Shown in pieces: positions 10,002-17,808 of a DNA stretch of 52,504 bases (position 1 is its first letter; every line of letters starts with the position of its first letter). Origin of the DNA: Clostridiaceae bacterium (GTDB lineage Bacteria > Bacillota > Clostridia > Christensenellales > CAG-138). A program made the position numbers and the translations under genes. The notes below the pieces were generated by a model, which made no database searches, had not been told where the DNA came from, and was given only the letters and a program-made list of their open reading frames with translations. The stretch spans positions 1-52,504 of the forward strand of contig JBDKTD010000088.1 in assembly GCA_039680365.1 (NCBI GenBank), written 5' to 3'.

Positions 10002-11320
10002 ACGGCATAGAGCAGCTGCGTTTCCGCCTCTTCCGGCTTGAGCTGCGGTTCAATTGTCAAATAGGCTTTTACGACCTTGGGATCCAACTGCGAACCGGAC
10101 ACTTCTTCAATGATCTTCCGTGCTTCCGCCTTTGTCATTCCTTTGCGGTAAGGGCGGTCGGTAATCATCGCGTCATAGCAGTCCGCAACCGCCAGGATCG
10201 CCGCCGAAAGCGGCAGTTCGCCCGCAGCGGGTCCTTCTTCGGGATAGCCCGTGCCGTCGTATCTTCTGTGGTGGTAAAGCACCGCGTCGTTGACCGTCTG
10301 CGGCAGGTTGATGCTTTCGATGATGCGCCTGCCGATGACTGGATGCTGTTTGACAATATCGTACTCTTCCTTGGTCAGCGGGCCGGGTTTGCGCAGGATC
10401 GCATCGTCCACGCCGATCTTGCCGATATCGTGCAGCAGCGCCGCCATCGTCACTTGATCGGTGAACTTTTTGGGGCACTTAAGTTCTCTGCAAAGCGCGT
10501 TGCTGATATAAGCCACGCGTTGGGAATGCCCGCGCGTATACTGATCCTTCGCCTCAATCGCTTCCACAAGCGAAGAGATCGTACGCAGAAGGATCGTATG
10601 GCTGTCCAGATAGATTTTAAACGAGTACCGCGCCAGCATCAGCGGCGCCATAAACAGCACCAGCCAGAGGTAGGCGTTGGTTTGCGTCAGGATGTAGCCA
10701 ATCAGCAGGCCGAGCGGAATGGTCGCCACGATGTTCGGCAGAATGCCGCCGATGTTATCCCGCAGCAGTACAAAAAAGTTGCCCTGCTCGCTGAGTTTAT
10801 AATATAGGATAAAAAGGACGAGATTGATGAAGATTGCCACGCAAGAAAAAACGACCGCCCCGATCATGACGCGCCAGGCAAACACCTCGCCGCCCGAATT
10901 CGGAACGATCCAGTTATAGAGAACGCCGCCTATCCAGTTGGAAACAAGAACGTTGGAAACGTTAAAAAGCTCTTTGAGCGGTGCGCGCCCCCAAGGGGAA
11001 TAATACTTGCGGGTCTTAACGTCCTGCAGAAGCGCCAGCACGGTGGAAAGCGCAAACAGCACAATCGAAAGCGCAACGCCTTTTGTCACGACGCAGGCGA
11101 TCACCGCAACAAAACTGATCTCCATCGTCTTGTCGGATGTAATGTAGATTGGCAGCATGTGGCACAGAAGCATGATCACGAGCATGACCGCACTGAAAAA
11201 AATCATGCTCAGTGACGTTTTCGGGTCTGCAAAGAGCGCGATGGATTGGTACAAACTGATACCAAACACCCCGATACCGCACAGACTGATCAACGTCGTG
11301 TAAACTTGCTGCTTCTTCAT
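9998..11320 (-). CDS. 7TM-receptor HD-GYP domain c-di-GMP phosphodiesterase
   Basis: 440 aa. The N-terminal ~230 aa is multi-pass membrane. The C-terminus carries GHSQRVAYISNAL, LLHDIGKIGVDD and YHHRRYDGTGYPEEG (HD...HHxxxDGxGYP). RBS GAGGG lies upstream of ATG 11320. Confidence 0.9.
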   Translation of the reverse strand: MKKQQVYTTLISLCGIGVFGISLYQSIALFADPKTSLSMIFFSAVMLVIMLLCHMLPIYITSDKTMEISFVAVIACVVTKGVALSIVLFALSTVLALLQDVKTRKYYSPWGRAPLKELFNVSNVLVSNWIGGVLYNWIVPNSGGEVFAWRVMIGAVVFSCVAIFINLVLFILYYKLSEQGNFFVLLRDNIGGILPNIVATIPLGLLIGYILTQTNAYLWLVLFMAPLMLARYSFKIYLDSHTILLRTISSLVEAIEAKDQYTRGHSQRVAYISNALCRELKCPKKFTDQVTMAALLHDIGKIGVDDAILRKPGPLTKEEYDIVKQHPVIGRRIIESINLPQTVNDAVLYHHRRYDGTGYPEEGPAAGELPLSAAILAVADCYDAMITDRPYRKGMTKAEARKIIEEVSGSQLDPKVVKAYLTIEPQLKPEEAETQLLYAV

Positions 11321-11354
11321 TTCATACCCTCATGCCGTAACCCGCCGGGCGGGT

Positions 11355-11576
11355 AAAACATTAACAGGTCCGGCGAGAGATTCATGATTTTCCTTTAACG
11401 TTCTACCCGTCTTATCTGACGAAGAAGTACGCGCCGCTGGAAAGAACCAGAGCCGCAAGGGAAGCAAGCGCCATGATAATCTTTTTCATTGGATATAGCC
11501 TCCTTCTTTAGGACTCTGTTCGCCGCTCGTTGAACAGGCTATATCCGCTACGCTATTGCCGGACCTGTTAAGTTTT
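11355..11576 (-). promoter_or_regulatory. Three-tier nested inverted-repeat element enclosing the micro-ORF, upstream of the HD-GYP gene
   Basis: Outer arms are a perfect 14 bp: TTAACAGGTCCGGC (11361-11374) and GCCGGACCTGTTAA (11558-11571). They extend to about 19/20 with a 1-nt bulge and are 183 bp apart. Middle arms are a perfect 10 bp: GGATATAGCC (11491-11500) and GGCTATATCC (11537-11546), overlapping the micro-ORF SD. Inner arms are CTGTTC (11516-11521) and GAACAG (11532-11537). Confidence 0.6.
11412..11489 (-). CDS. Micro-ORF encoding a 25-aa hydrophobic peptide (MKKIIMALASLAALVLSSGAYFFVR)
   Basis: Below the ORF-track size cut-off. ATG 11489-11487 is preceded by AAGAAGGAGG with 9-nt spacing; TAA at 11414-11412. 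It sits in the leader of the HD-GYP gene, inside nested inverted repeats. Coding status is unproven. Confidence 0.4.
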   Translation of the reverse strand: MKKIIMALASLAALVLSSGAYFFVR

Positions 11577-11670
11577 CAAGATACTCTCATTAAAATTTCA
11601 AGAATGCTTCAGTCGTTTGGCAATGAATTACTATCTGCAAATCCTCTCTTAAGCGCTGGAGACCGGAAGG

Positions 11671-12309
11671 CTACATTTCCTGTGTATAAATCTCTAACTT
11701 GCGATTGATGGCGTCCAGAACGCTCTGCACCACCGCCGCGTCCGCATCCGCTTCCGCATACACCGCGCCGATGAGCGGGGTGAGATCCGGCACGCAGAAA
11801 ATCTGCGTAATCACGATGGGACGGCCGTTGGAGCGCACCAGTTCCGTGCTTGCCAGCTCAAAAAACGAAGTGCCGCCTGTGCAGGCTTTTACCGCGTCCA
11901 GCGTTGCCTGCGCAATGGAGCGCATCCGCGAAAACTGGAACGATCCTCCGTGCGCCGCACCGGTGAACTCCTCGGTGTCGCGGCGCAGGGTGACGGTGAC
12001 TTCCACGTTCTTTTCCGAGGTGCGAACGCTGATTCCCGCATACGTCAGCCGAAAGCCCATGCCGGACATCACGCTTGGCGCAATCTGCGCCACGCTGATA
12101 ATGCGATAGTCTACTTCAATGCCATAGCGGGCGGAGATGGCGGACTGTACGTCCCGCACGAGCGATTTGCCGTTGCGGCGGCTGCTAGCCAGAACGTGAA
12201 TCTCCTGCGGCTCCTGCGCGTCGGAAAATACAACGTGCGCGGCATAAACGCCGTTCAGTTTCGATATCAGGGATTGCCACTCGGCAGCGGTGCCATACAA
12301 CGTGTCCAT
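11671..12309 (-). CDS. Hypothetical cytoplasmic protein (two-domain, no family recognised)
   Basis: The ORF track starts at GTG 12321. ATG 12309 (MDTLYGTAAEW...) with GGTGGGA 7 nt upstream is the more likely start. Balanced amino-acid composition, no TM segment or signal peptide. A perfect -10 TATAAT (minus strand) lies at 12339-12334. Confidence 0.7.
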   Translation of the reverse strand: MDTLYGTAAEWQSLISKLNGVYAAHVVFSDAQEPQEIHVLASSRRNGKSLVRDVQSAISARYGIEVDYRIISVAQIAPSVMSGMGFRLTYAGISVRTSEKNVEVTVTLRRDTEEFTGAAHGGSFQFSRMRSIAQATLDAVKACTGGTSFFELASTELVRSNGRPIVITQIFCVPDLTPLIGAVYAEADADAAVVQSVLDAINRKLEIYTQEM

Positions 12310-12614
12310 CGTATTTCCCACCCAATCTCAATTATTATACCGGAAGTGATTCATGCAAGTTTATGCCATCTTCATACATTATAGCTCGTTGCATATGCGA
12401 GTGCAAGGAAAAGAAAATACTGGCGAGAATGCTGAAAAAGCGCTTTGGAAATGGGTGTTTTTGCAGGCTAGGCCTTTTTTTCTTTCGCGACGCGTTTGTT
12501 CCGGTCAGCATGGCAGAATGCCGGAATGAGCGTTATTTATGCAGTGCGCGGAGCGCTTCATGCGCTCGTTGGACAAACTATACCGCTAAACGTTTTTATC
12601 TTCCGCGGTGTAGT

Positions 12615-13370
12615 TCAGTCGATTTTCAGCAGTTTTTCACTGAAAACATAGCGCCCGCGGTCTTTTGTGCCGCCTCCGTACTGAATGCAGCGCTGTGGGC
12701 AGCGGTTGATGCATGCCATGCATTGCGTACAGTGCTTTTTGACCCATACCGGCTTGCCGTTCTGCATCGTTATTGTGGAAACCGGGCAAATGTTCCGGCA
12801 TAAATTGCAGCTGGTGCAGTCGTCTCCTGCAGCAAAGGGTTTTGTGCTCCGCGCAGCGGCATTGAACATCGGACTGATTACCGACGTCTTCAGCCACGCC
12901 ATCGGCCCCGCATGCACACTGTATATACGCTCCTTGTTCCGCACGGACGCGGATATCAATTCTATCTGCTGCTCGGCCTTCTGCGCCTTGCTCCTGGCCA
13001 GATATTCGCTGTCCACATCGAACATGGGGATGTAGTTATTCGGCATGGCAACGGAGAAAGCGCTCTGCCATGGAAAGACTTTTTTGAGGCGCTTCATGGC
13101 GTTGCCCGCTTCGTCGCCGCAGGTGCAGACGGCGTAGGCATAAGCGCCTTCGCCGACGCCAATCGATTTGCAAAACCGTTCAACAATCTCCGGCGCGCCC
13201 CAGGCATACACAGGGAACACTACGCCTACGGTGGAACCGCTGGAAATGGCGACGGCGGTCGGGCCGTCCCGCATAAGATCCGCAATCGACGCCGCCTGAT
13301 CGCCCGTGCTCGCGGCCAACCGCTCGGCAACCCATTTTGAGTTTCCTGTACCGGAAAAGTAAAAGATCAT
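12615..13370 (-). CDS. EFR1-type ferredoxin (flavodoxin-like domain fused to a 2x[4Fe-4S] ferredoxin domain)
   Basis: 251 aa. The N-terminus MIFYFSGTGNSKWVAE is a flavodoxin-like P-loop. The C-terminus has two Cys clusters, CTSCNLCRNICP and CTQCMACINRCP. Confidence 0.85.
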   Translation of the reverse strand: MIFYFSGTGNSKWVAERLAASTGDQAASIADLMRDGPTAVAISSGSTVGVVFPVYAWGAPEIVERFCKSIGVGEGAYAYAVCTCGDEAGNAMKRLKKVFPWQSAFSVAMPNNYIPMFDVDSEYLARSKAQKAEQQIELISASVRNKERIYSVHAGPMAWLKTSVISPMFNAAARSTKPFAAGDDCTSCNLCRNICPVSTITMQNGKPVWVKKHCTQCMACINRCPQRCIQYGGGTKDRGRYVFSEKLLKID

Positions 13371-13584
13371 ACGCCGCCCCCGGTTGGATTTGCATTTGCT
13401 CTAGAGTATACCACAAGTTACCGCGTAACGTATCGGGCAGAATTCCTTATTCTGAAAAGTTCTCAATAATTTTGCAAACATCTTTGGCCGCCACGCTTTC
13501 TCCCCGGCTGGCGAAACTTGCCGGGTGCAGACGCGCATCAAGGGCTTATGAAGCAGGTGTTTATGCAGAATTTTTTCGTAAGAA

Positions 13585-13612
13585 TTGACTTCTTTCTCTT
13601 TTGTGATATAAT
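13585..13612 (+). promoter_or_regulatory. Candidate strong promoter for the amidohydrolase gene
   Basis: TTGACT (13585-13590), 16 nt spacer, TATAAT (13607-13612), with an extended -10 TG (TGaTATAAT). Confidence 0.5.
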
Positions 13613-13666
13613 TATTTTATATTTCATAGCTATTGTAAATACATTTTTTATTTGGAAGTGCTTACT

Positions 13667-14677
13667 ATGTACGATTATTTTCAGAAGACTCCCGTCGACG
13701 AAGAATACTACCGCGAACACATCAAAGGCCGTATGCCAAAAACGATTGTGGATGCGCACGCGCACTTTAACCTGCCGGAGCACATTAAGAACGTTACCGC
13801 CAAAGAAGTTGCGGAAGACTGGGCGCTGGAAAGCGGCATGCTCATGCCCTACGAGGATGCGCAGGCGTACGCCGCCGCCCTGCTGCCAGATCAAAACGTC
13901 AGGTTCATCTGCCTGCCGTGGCCGCTGAAAAACGCGGATACGGTCGGCAACAACCAATACATCGATTCGATCGTCACTTCGCACGGCGAGCGCGGTCTGT
14001 TTACCAATCGGCCGGAGTATTCCGTTGCGTACATCGAGCAGGCGTTTCGGGCAGGCCACTTCTCCGGCTTTAAGCCTTACCCCTATATGGCAAGCAGCAT
14101 CAAGGGCGCGGATATCAGCATTTTCGACTTTATGCCGCGCGAGCAGTTCGCGCTGGCCGACCGTCTGAATACTGCCGTTCTGCTGCACCTGCCGCGCGCG
14201 GGCAGACTCCCCGCGGACGGCAACATCCGCGAAATTCGCGAAATAATCAACAACTACCCGAACGTGCGCCTTGTCGTTGCGCATTTCGGGCGGTGCTTCT
14301 GCCATGAGTTCTTTGAAGAAGCGCTCGATCTGTTGGGGGACGATATCCACCGCCTCTACTTTGATACCGCCGCCGTTATCAACCCGAAGGTCTATCGCCT
14401 TGCGTTCGACCATCTGGACTACAAGCGCATCCTCTTTGGGACGGATATGCCCATCATGCTCTGGCACGGCAGGCGGGAATGGATCAACCGCAGCTATATC
14501 AACCTCTGCCGCGAGGAGTTCTCCTGGAACCATCACAAATACCCCGCCGAAGAGGAAGGCTACACGTTTATCATCTACGAGCAGCTCAACAGCCTGCTCA
14601 ACGAGCTGGATGGCGATAAAACCATGGCGCAGGCCATCTTCCATGACAACGCGCTGGAAGTCTACAAGGCAAAATAA
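13667..14677 (+). CDS. Metal-dependent amidohydrolase family protein (amidohydrolase_2-like TIM barrel)
   Basis: The ORF track starts at TTG 13652; ATG 13667 (MYDYFQKTPVDEEYY) is more likely. Motifs in order: VDAHAHF, LLHLPRAG, VVAHFG, FGTDMP. The long antisense ORF 13538-14644 was rejected. Confidence 0.85.
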   Translation: MYDYFQKTPVDEEYYREHIKGRMPKTIVDAHAHFNLPEHIKNVTAKEVAEDWALESGMLMPYEDAQAYAAALLPDQNVRFICLPWPLKNADTVGNNQYIDSIVTSHGERGLFTNRPEYSVAYIEQAFRAGHFSGFKPYPYMASSIKGADISIFDFMPREQFALADRLNTAVLLHLPRAGRLPADGNIREIREIINNYPNVRLVVAHFGRCFCHEFFEEALDLLGDDIHRLYFDTAAVINPKVYRLAFDHLDYKRILFGTDMPIMLWHGRREWINRSYINLCREEFSWNHHKYPAEEEGYTFIIYEQLNSLLNELDGDKTMAQAIFHDNALEVYKAK

Positions 14678-14696
14678 CCTTCCAAACTGCCATTAA

Positions 14697-14755
14697 GAAA
14701 AAAAACACCGCCTCATTCCCGCAATCCGGCGAGAAATGAGACGGTGTTTCTTTGT
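14697..14755. terminator. Bidirectional terminator between the convergent amidohydrolase and RpiR genes
   Basis: AACACCGCCTCATT (14704-14717) pairs with AATGAGACGGTGTT (14735-14748), 13/14 matched. An A-run lies on the left and TTCTTTG...TTTTTT on the right. Confidence 0.55.
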
Positions 14756-14771
14756 ATCTGCGTTTTTTGAA

Positions 14772-15641
14772 TTATTCTTCGGCGCTGTCCTGCCCGGCTT
14801 GCTCCATACTGTCCGTCGTACGGGCGAGGTTTTCGATTGCGTGCTCCTTGATGCGCGCAACCGCCAGCACCATTGCGGAGACAACGGAGACCTGCTCCGG
14901 CACCGAGTTGTTGGTTGCGCGAAAGAAGTCCGGGTTGCTGTAGGTCGTTAACAGAACGCAGTCGGCCTGCTTGACCAGACTCGATTCGGCAAAGCTCGTC
15001 ACGGCAATGGTAGCGCAGCCGTTCTGACGGGCGTTACGGATGGCGTCCACAACACTTTTTGTTTCGCCGGATGTGGAAAAGCCGAACGCCAGATCGCCCG
15101 CGCCGAGCACGGAAGCGCTCATCACCTGATAGTTCGGATCGCGATAAAACGCCGAGTTATAGCCCATCCTGCGCAAATGAAATTCCAAATACTCCGCCGC
15201 GTGCGAGGACGAGCCGATGCCGTAGGCCTCAATGCGGCGCGCGGTCATAATCATCTCAACCGCGCGGTTGAACGAATCCTCGCTGACGAGCGTCAGCGTG
15301 TCCAGCAGGCTCTGGGACTTCTTGCGCATCGTATGAATCAAAATATCGTAGGGGTTGTCCGTTTCGCTCAGTTCCCCCAGCAGCAGCGTACGCGACTGGT
15401 TCATGCCAAGCGCGAGGGCGACTTTAAAATCCGAGTAACCTTTGTATCCCGCCGTTTTAACGCAGTTGACAACGGAAAACTGGCTGACGCCCGCTTTCGC
15501 GGCGAGTTCCGTGATGCTGATTGTGATGACTTCCTCAGCGTGCAGAAAGATATAGTCGGCAACCATCGCCGCTTTTGGGCTGAGCATGTTATAGACCGAC
15601 CGGAGGCGGGCGATGCATTCCGAACTGTTCGTAATTTCCAT
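14772..15641 (-). CDS. MurR/RpiR-family transcriptional regulator (HTH_6 + SIS phosphosugar-binding domain)
   Basis: 289 aa. The N-terminal HTH is ISITELAAKAGVSQFSVVNCVKTAGYKGYSDFK. The C-terminal SIS region is IEAYGIGSSSHAAEYLEF...FGFSTSGETK. Confidence 0.9.
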   Translation of the reverse strand: MEITNSSECIARLRSVYNMLSPKAAMVADYIFLHAEEVITISITELAAKAGVSQFSVVNCVKTAGYKGYSDFKVALALGMNQSRTLLLGELSETDNPYDILIHTMRKKSQSLLDTLTLVSEDSFNRAVEMIMTARRIEAYGIGSSSHAAEYLEFHLRRMGYNSAFYRDPNYQVMSASVLGAGDLAFGFSTSGETKSVVDAIRNARQNGCATIAVTSFAESSLVKQADCVLLTTYSNPDFFRATNNSVPEQVSVVSAMVLAVARIKEHAIENLARTTDSMEQAGQDSAEE

Positions 15642-15767
15642 GGCAGATCTGTTCCTTCCCTTCAGCGCCCAATACGCTGGCTCGCTGCGTCAATCCGCAC
15701 GCGCGCCGGTTCGTTTCCGATTTCCGAACGCGCTCTTTGTCTCATTATATTCTTCCGCATTGCATGG

Positions 15768-15810
15768 CGAAAGAGGGAAAAGTGACGGTTTCGGCGATGA
15801 AATCGTCACT
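15768..15810 (-). terminator. Probable terminator after the CUT2 ABC operon
   Basis: Minus strand: AGTGACG-16 nt loop-CGTCACT followed by TTTTCCCTCTTTCG. It lies 36 nt after the permease stop at 15846. Confidence 0.45.
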
Positions 15811-15845
15811 TTTCCGGTATTTTAGCTCGGCATGAAGGCGGATTT

Positions 15846-16823
15846 TCAAACTTTGCCGAGTTCACGCATCTTCTTGAGGTGCACATATCCGTCAAAGAGC
15901 ACAACGAGGATCAGCGCCGCGCCGACGACAACGCTCTTGAACAGCGAGTTGATTTCGAACAGGTTAAACGCGTTTTCAAGCAGCGCCACGAACGCCGTGC
16001 CAAAGAACGCGCCCTTCATATCCCCCTTGCCGCCCATCAGCGAACCGCCGCCAATGATGCAGGCAATCAGAATATCCATCTGCAACCCCTGGCCAAGATA
16101 CCGGCTCGCGGACTGGAAGCGCGCAATGGAGAGAACACCCGCAAGCGCCGCCAGCGTGCCGCTGATGACAAAGCAAACGATGATCGCGCCCTTGACGTTA
16201 AAGCCGAGCGAACGCGCGCTGGAAGGGTTGCCGCCGATATAGTACAGCTGCCGCCCGAAATAGGTGCGCTTGAGGATAAACTCCGTAATCACCAAGAGCG
16301 CAATCATGATCCAGAGCATCGGGTAGACGCCGAGGAACGTCATGTTGCCAAAGTTGAGAAAGCTCTGCGGAAAGCCGCGCAGCGACATGGCGAGGTTGCT
16401 GGTCATGATCATTTCGCAGAAGCCGCGGAAGATATACATGGTTCCGATGGTCGCAATCAGCGGAATGATGTTACAGACCGCAACGAGAACGCCGTTGATT
16501 AGCCCGATCAGCGCGCCGAGAGCCACGCTGAGCAGAATTGCCAGCGGCACGGCGACGCCCTGACTCAGCAGGAACCCGCAAAGGATGCCGGCCAAGCCCA
16601 TTACCGAGCCGACCGAAAGGTCGAACATGCCGATGATGACCACGAGCATCATGCCAATGGCCATGATGGCGCGCGGCGCAATCAGCGCCTGCATGGAGAG
16701 CAGGTTGTTCGCCTGGAAGAAATACGGGCTGAAGACCGCCAGCACAAGGAAAAATGCCGCCGAAGCGAGAATGCCGAAAAAGCTGTCCTGCTTTTTAAAG
16801 GATAAATATGCGCGTTTCAACAT
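15846..16823 (-). CDS. Sugar ABC transporter permease (CUT2 / RbsC-like)
   Basis: 325 aa, about 9-10 TM segments, typical BPD_transp_2 composition, directly downstream of its paralog. Confidence 0.9.
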   Translation of the reverse strand: MLKRAYLSFKKQDSFFGILASAAFFLVLAVFSPYFFQANNLLSMQALIAPRAIMAIGMMLVVIIGMFDLSVGSVMGLAGILCGFLLSQGVAVPLAILLSVALGALIGLINGVLVAVCNIIPLIATIGTMYIFRGFCEMIMTSNLAMSLRGFPQSFLNFGNMTFLGVYPMLWIMIALLVITEFILKRTYFGRQLYYIGGNPSSARSLGFNVKGAIIVCFVISGTLAALAGVLSIARFQSASRYLGQGLQMDILIACIIGGGSLMGGKGDMKGAFFGTAFVALLENAFNLFEINSLFKSVVVGAALILVVLFDGYVHLKKMRELGKV

Positions 16824-16836
16824 GTTCCCGCCCCCC

Positions 16837-17802
16837 TTACGCCTTCTTGCTGTTCATGCGCACGTCCAGAAAGACGGCCACGATCAGCACGATTCCCTGC
16901 ATGACCTGCTGGATAAACGGGTCGATGCGGTAGATGGTCATTCCGTTGGCCAGCATGGCGATAAAGATCATGCCAAGCGCCGCCTTGAGGATGCCGCCCC
17001 TGCCGCCCGCGAGCGAAGCGCCCGCAACTACCAGCCCCGTAATCAGCGTAAACTCCAGCCCGCTGCCGGTTAATACGTCCGAATGCGTAATGCGCGAGGT
17101 CGCGATGATGCCGCCGATGGCAGCCGTCAGCGCGCTTACGGTAAAGGCGACGCGTTTATAGCGATCCGACTTGACGCCGTAGAGCCGCGCGGTTTCCTGG
17201 CCGTTGCCGATGTAGTAAAACTTTTTGAACGCGGGCGTTTTTTTGAGCAGGAACTCCAGCACGATAACCAGCACGACCATCGCAAGGATCGACCAGTGCA
17301 CGTCGGCCAGTTTGAACTTTGCCAGCGCGCGGTACTCAGCGTTGTAGGTCACGGCGGTGAAGCTGTTGAACACCACCGCGTTCACGCCGGAGACGAACGA
17401 GAGCGAGCCGAGAGTAACCATCATGGAGTTGAGCTTAAAGCGCGTTACCAGCGCGCCGATGCACCAGCCGAACGCCGCGCAGACGAGCAGCACGAGAATC
17501 GACGAGGGCAAAAGCTTCCATTTCCAAACCGTCATGCAGAAGCCGACCAGCGTGCCGGAAAGGCCGTACATGGAGCCGACCGCAAGGTCGATTTCTCCCA
17601 TGATGATCAAAAGCGTAAAGCCGATCACCGCGAAAAACTGAATGGAAACGCCGTAGAGCAGAGAGTACAGGTTGTTATAGGTGCAGAACGTGTCCGAAGT
17701 CAGCGTCAAAAGCAGAAACAGCGCCGCGATCAAAAAGAGGATCGTGTATTCGCCCAAACGGAATTTCCTGTGTGTTAAACGATTTGTATTCATCGCTTCC
17801 AT
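16837..17802 (-). CDS. Sugar ABC transporter permease (CUT2 / RbsC-like)
   Basis: 321 aa multi-pass membrane protein, paralogous to 15846-16823. AAGGAG lies upstream of the ATG. Confidence 0.9.
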   Translation of the reverse strand: MEAMNTNRLTHRKFRLGEYTILFLIAALFLLLTLTSDTFCTYNNLYSLLYGVSIQFFAVIGFTLLIIMGEIDLAVGSMYGLSGTLVGFCMTVWKWKLLPSSILVLLVCAAFGWCIGALVTRFKLNSMMVTLGSLSFVSGVNAVVFNSFTAVTYNAEYRALAKFKLADVHWSILAMVVLVIVLEFLLKKTPAFKKFYYIGNGQETARLYGVKSDRYKRVAFTVSALTAAIGGIIATSRITHSDVLTGSGLEFTLITGLVVAGASLAGGRGGILKAALGMIFIAMLANGMTIYRIDPFIQQVMQGIVLIVAVFLDVRMNSKKA

Positions 17803-17808
17803 TGCCGG

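Noticed and set aside
9214-10053. 279-aa minus-strand ORF overlapping the small membrane protein gene
   Set aside because: It is in a different frame with an Arg/Ser/Cys-rich translation. The 186-aa frame gives a coherent polytopic membrane protein with an ATGA coupling to the upstream gene.
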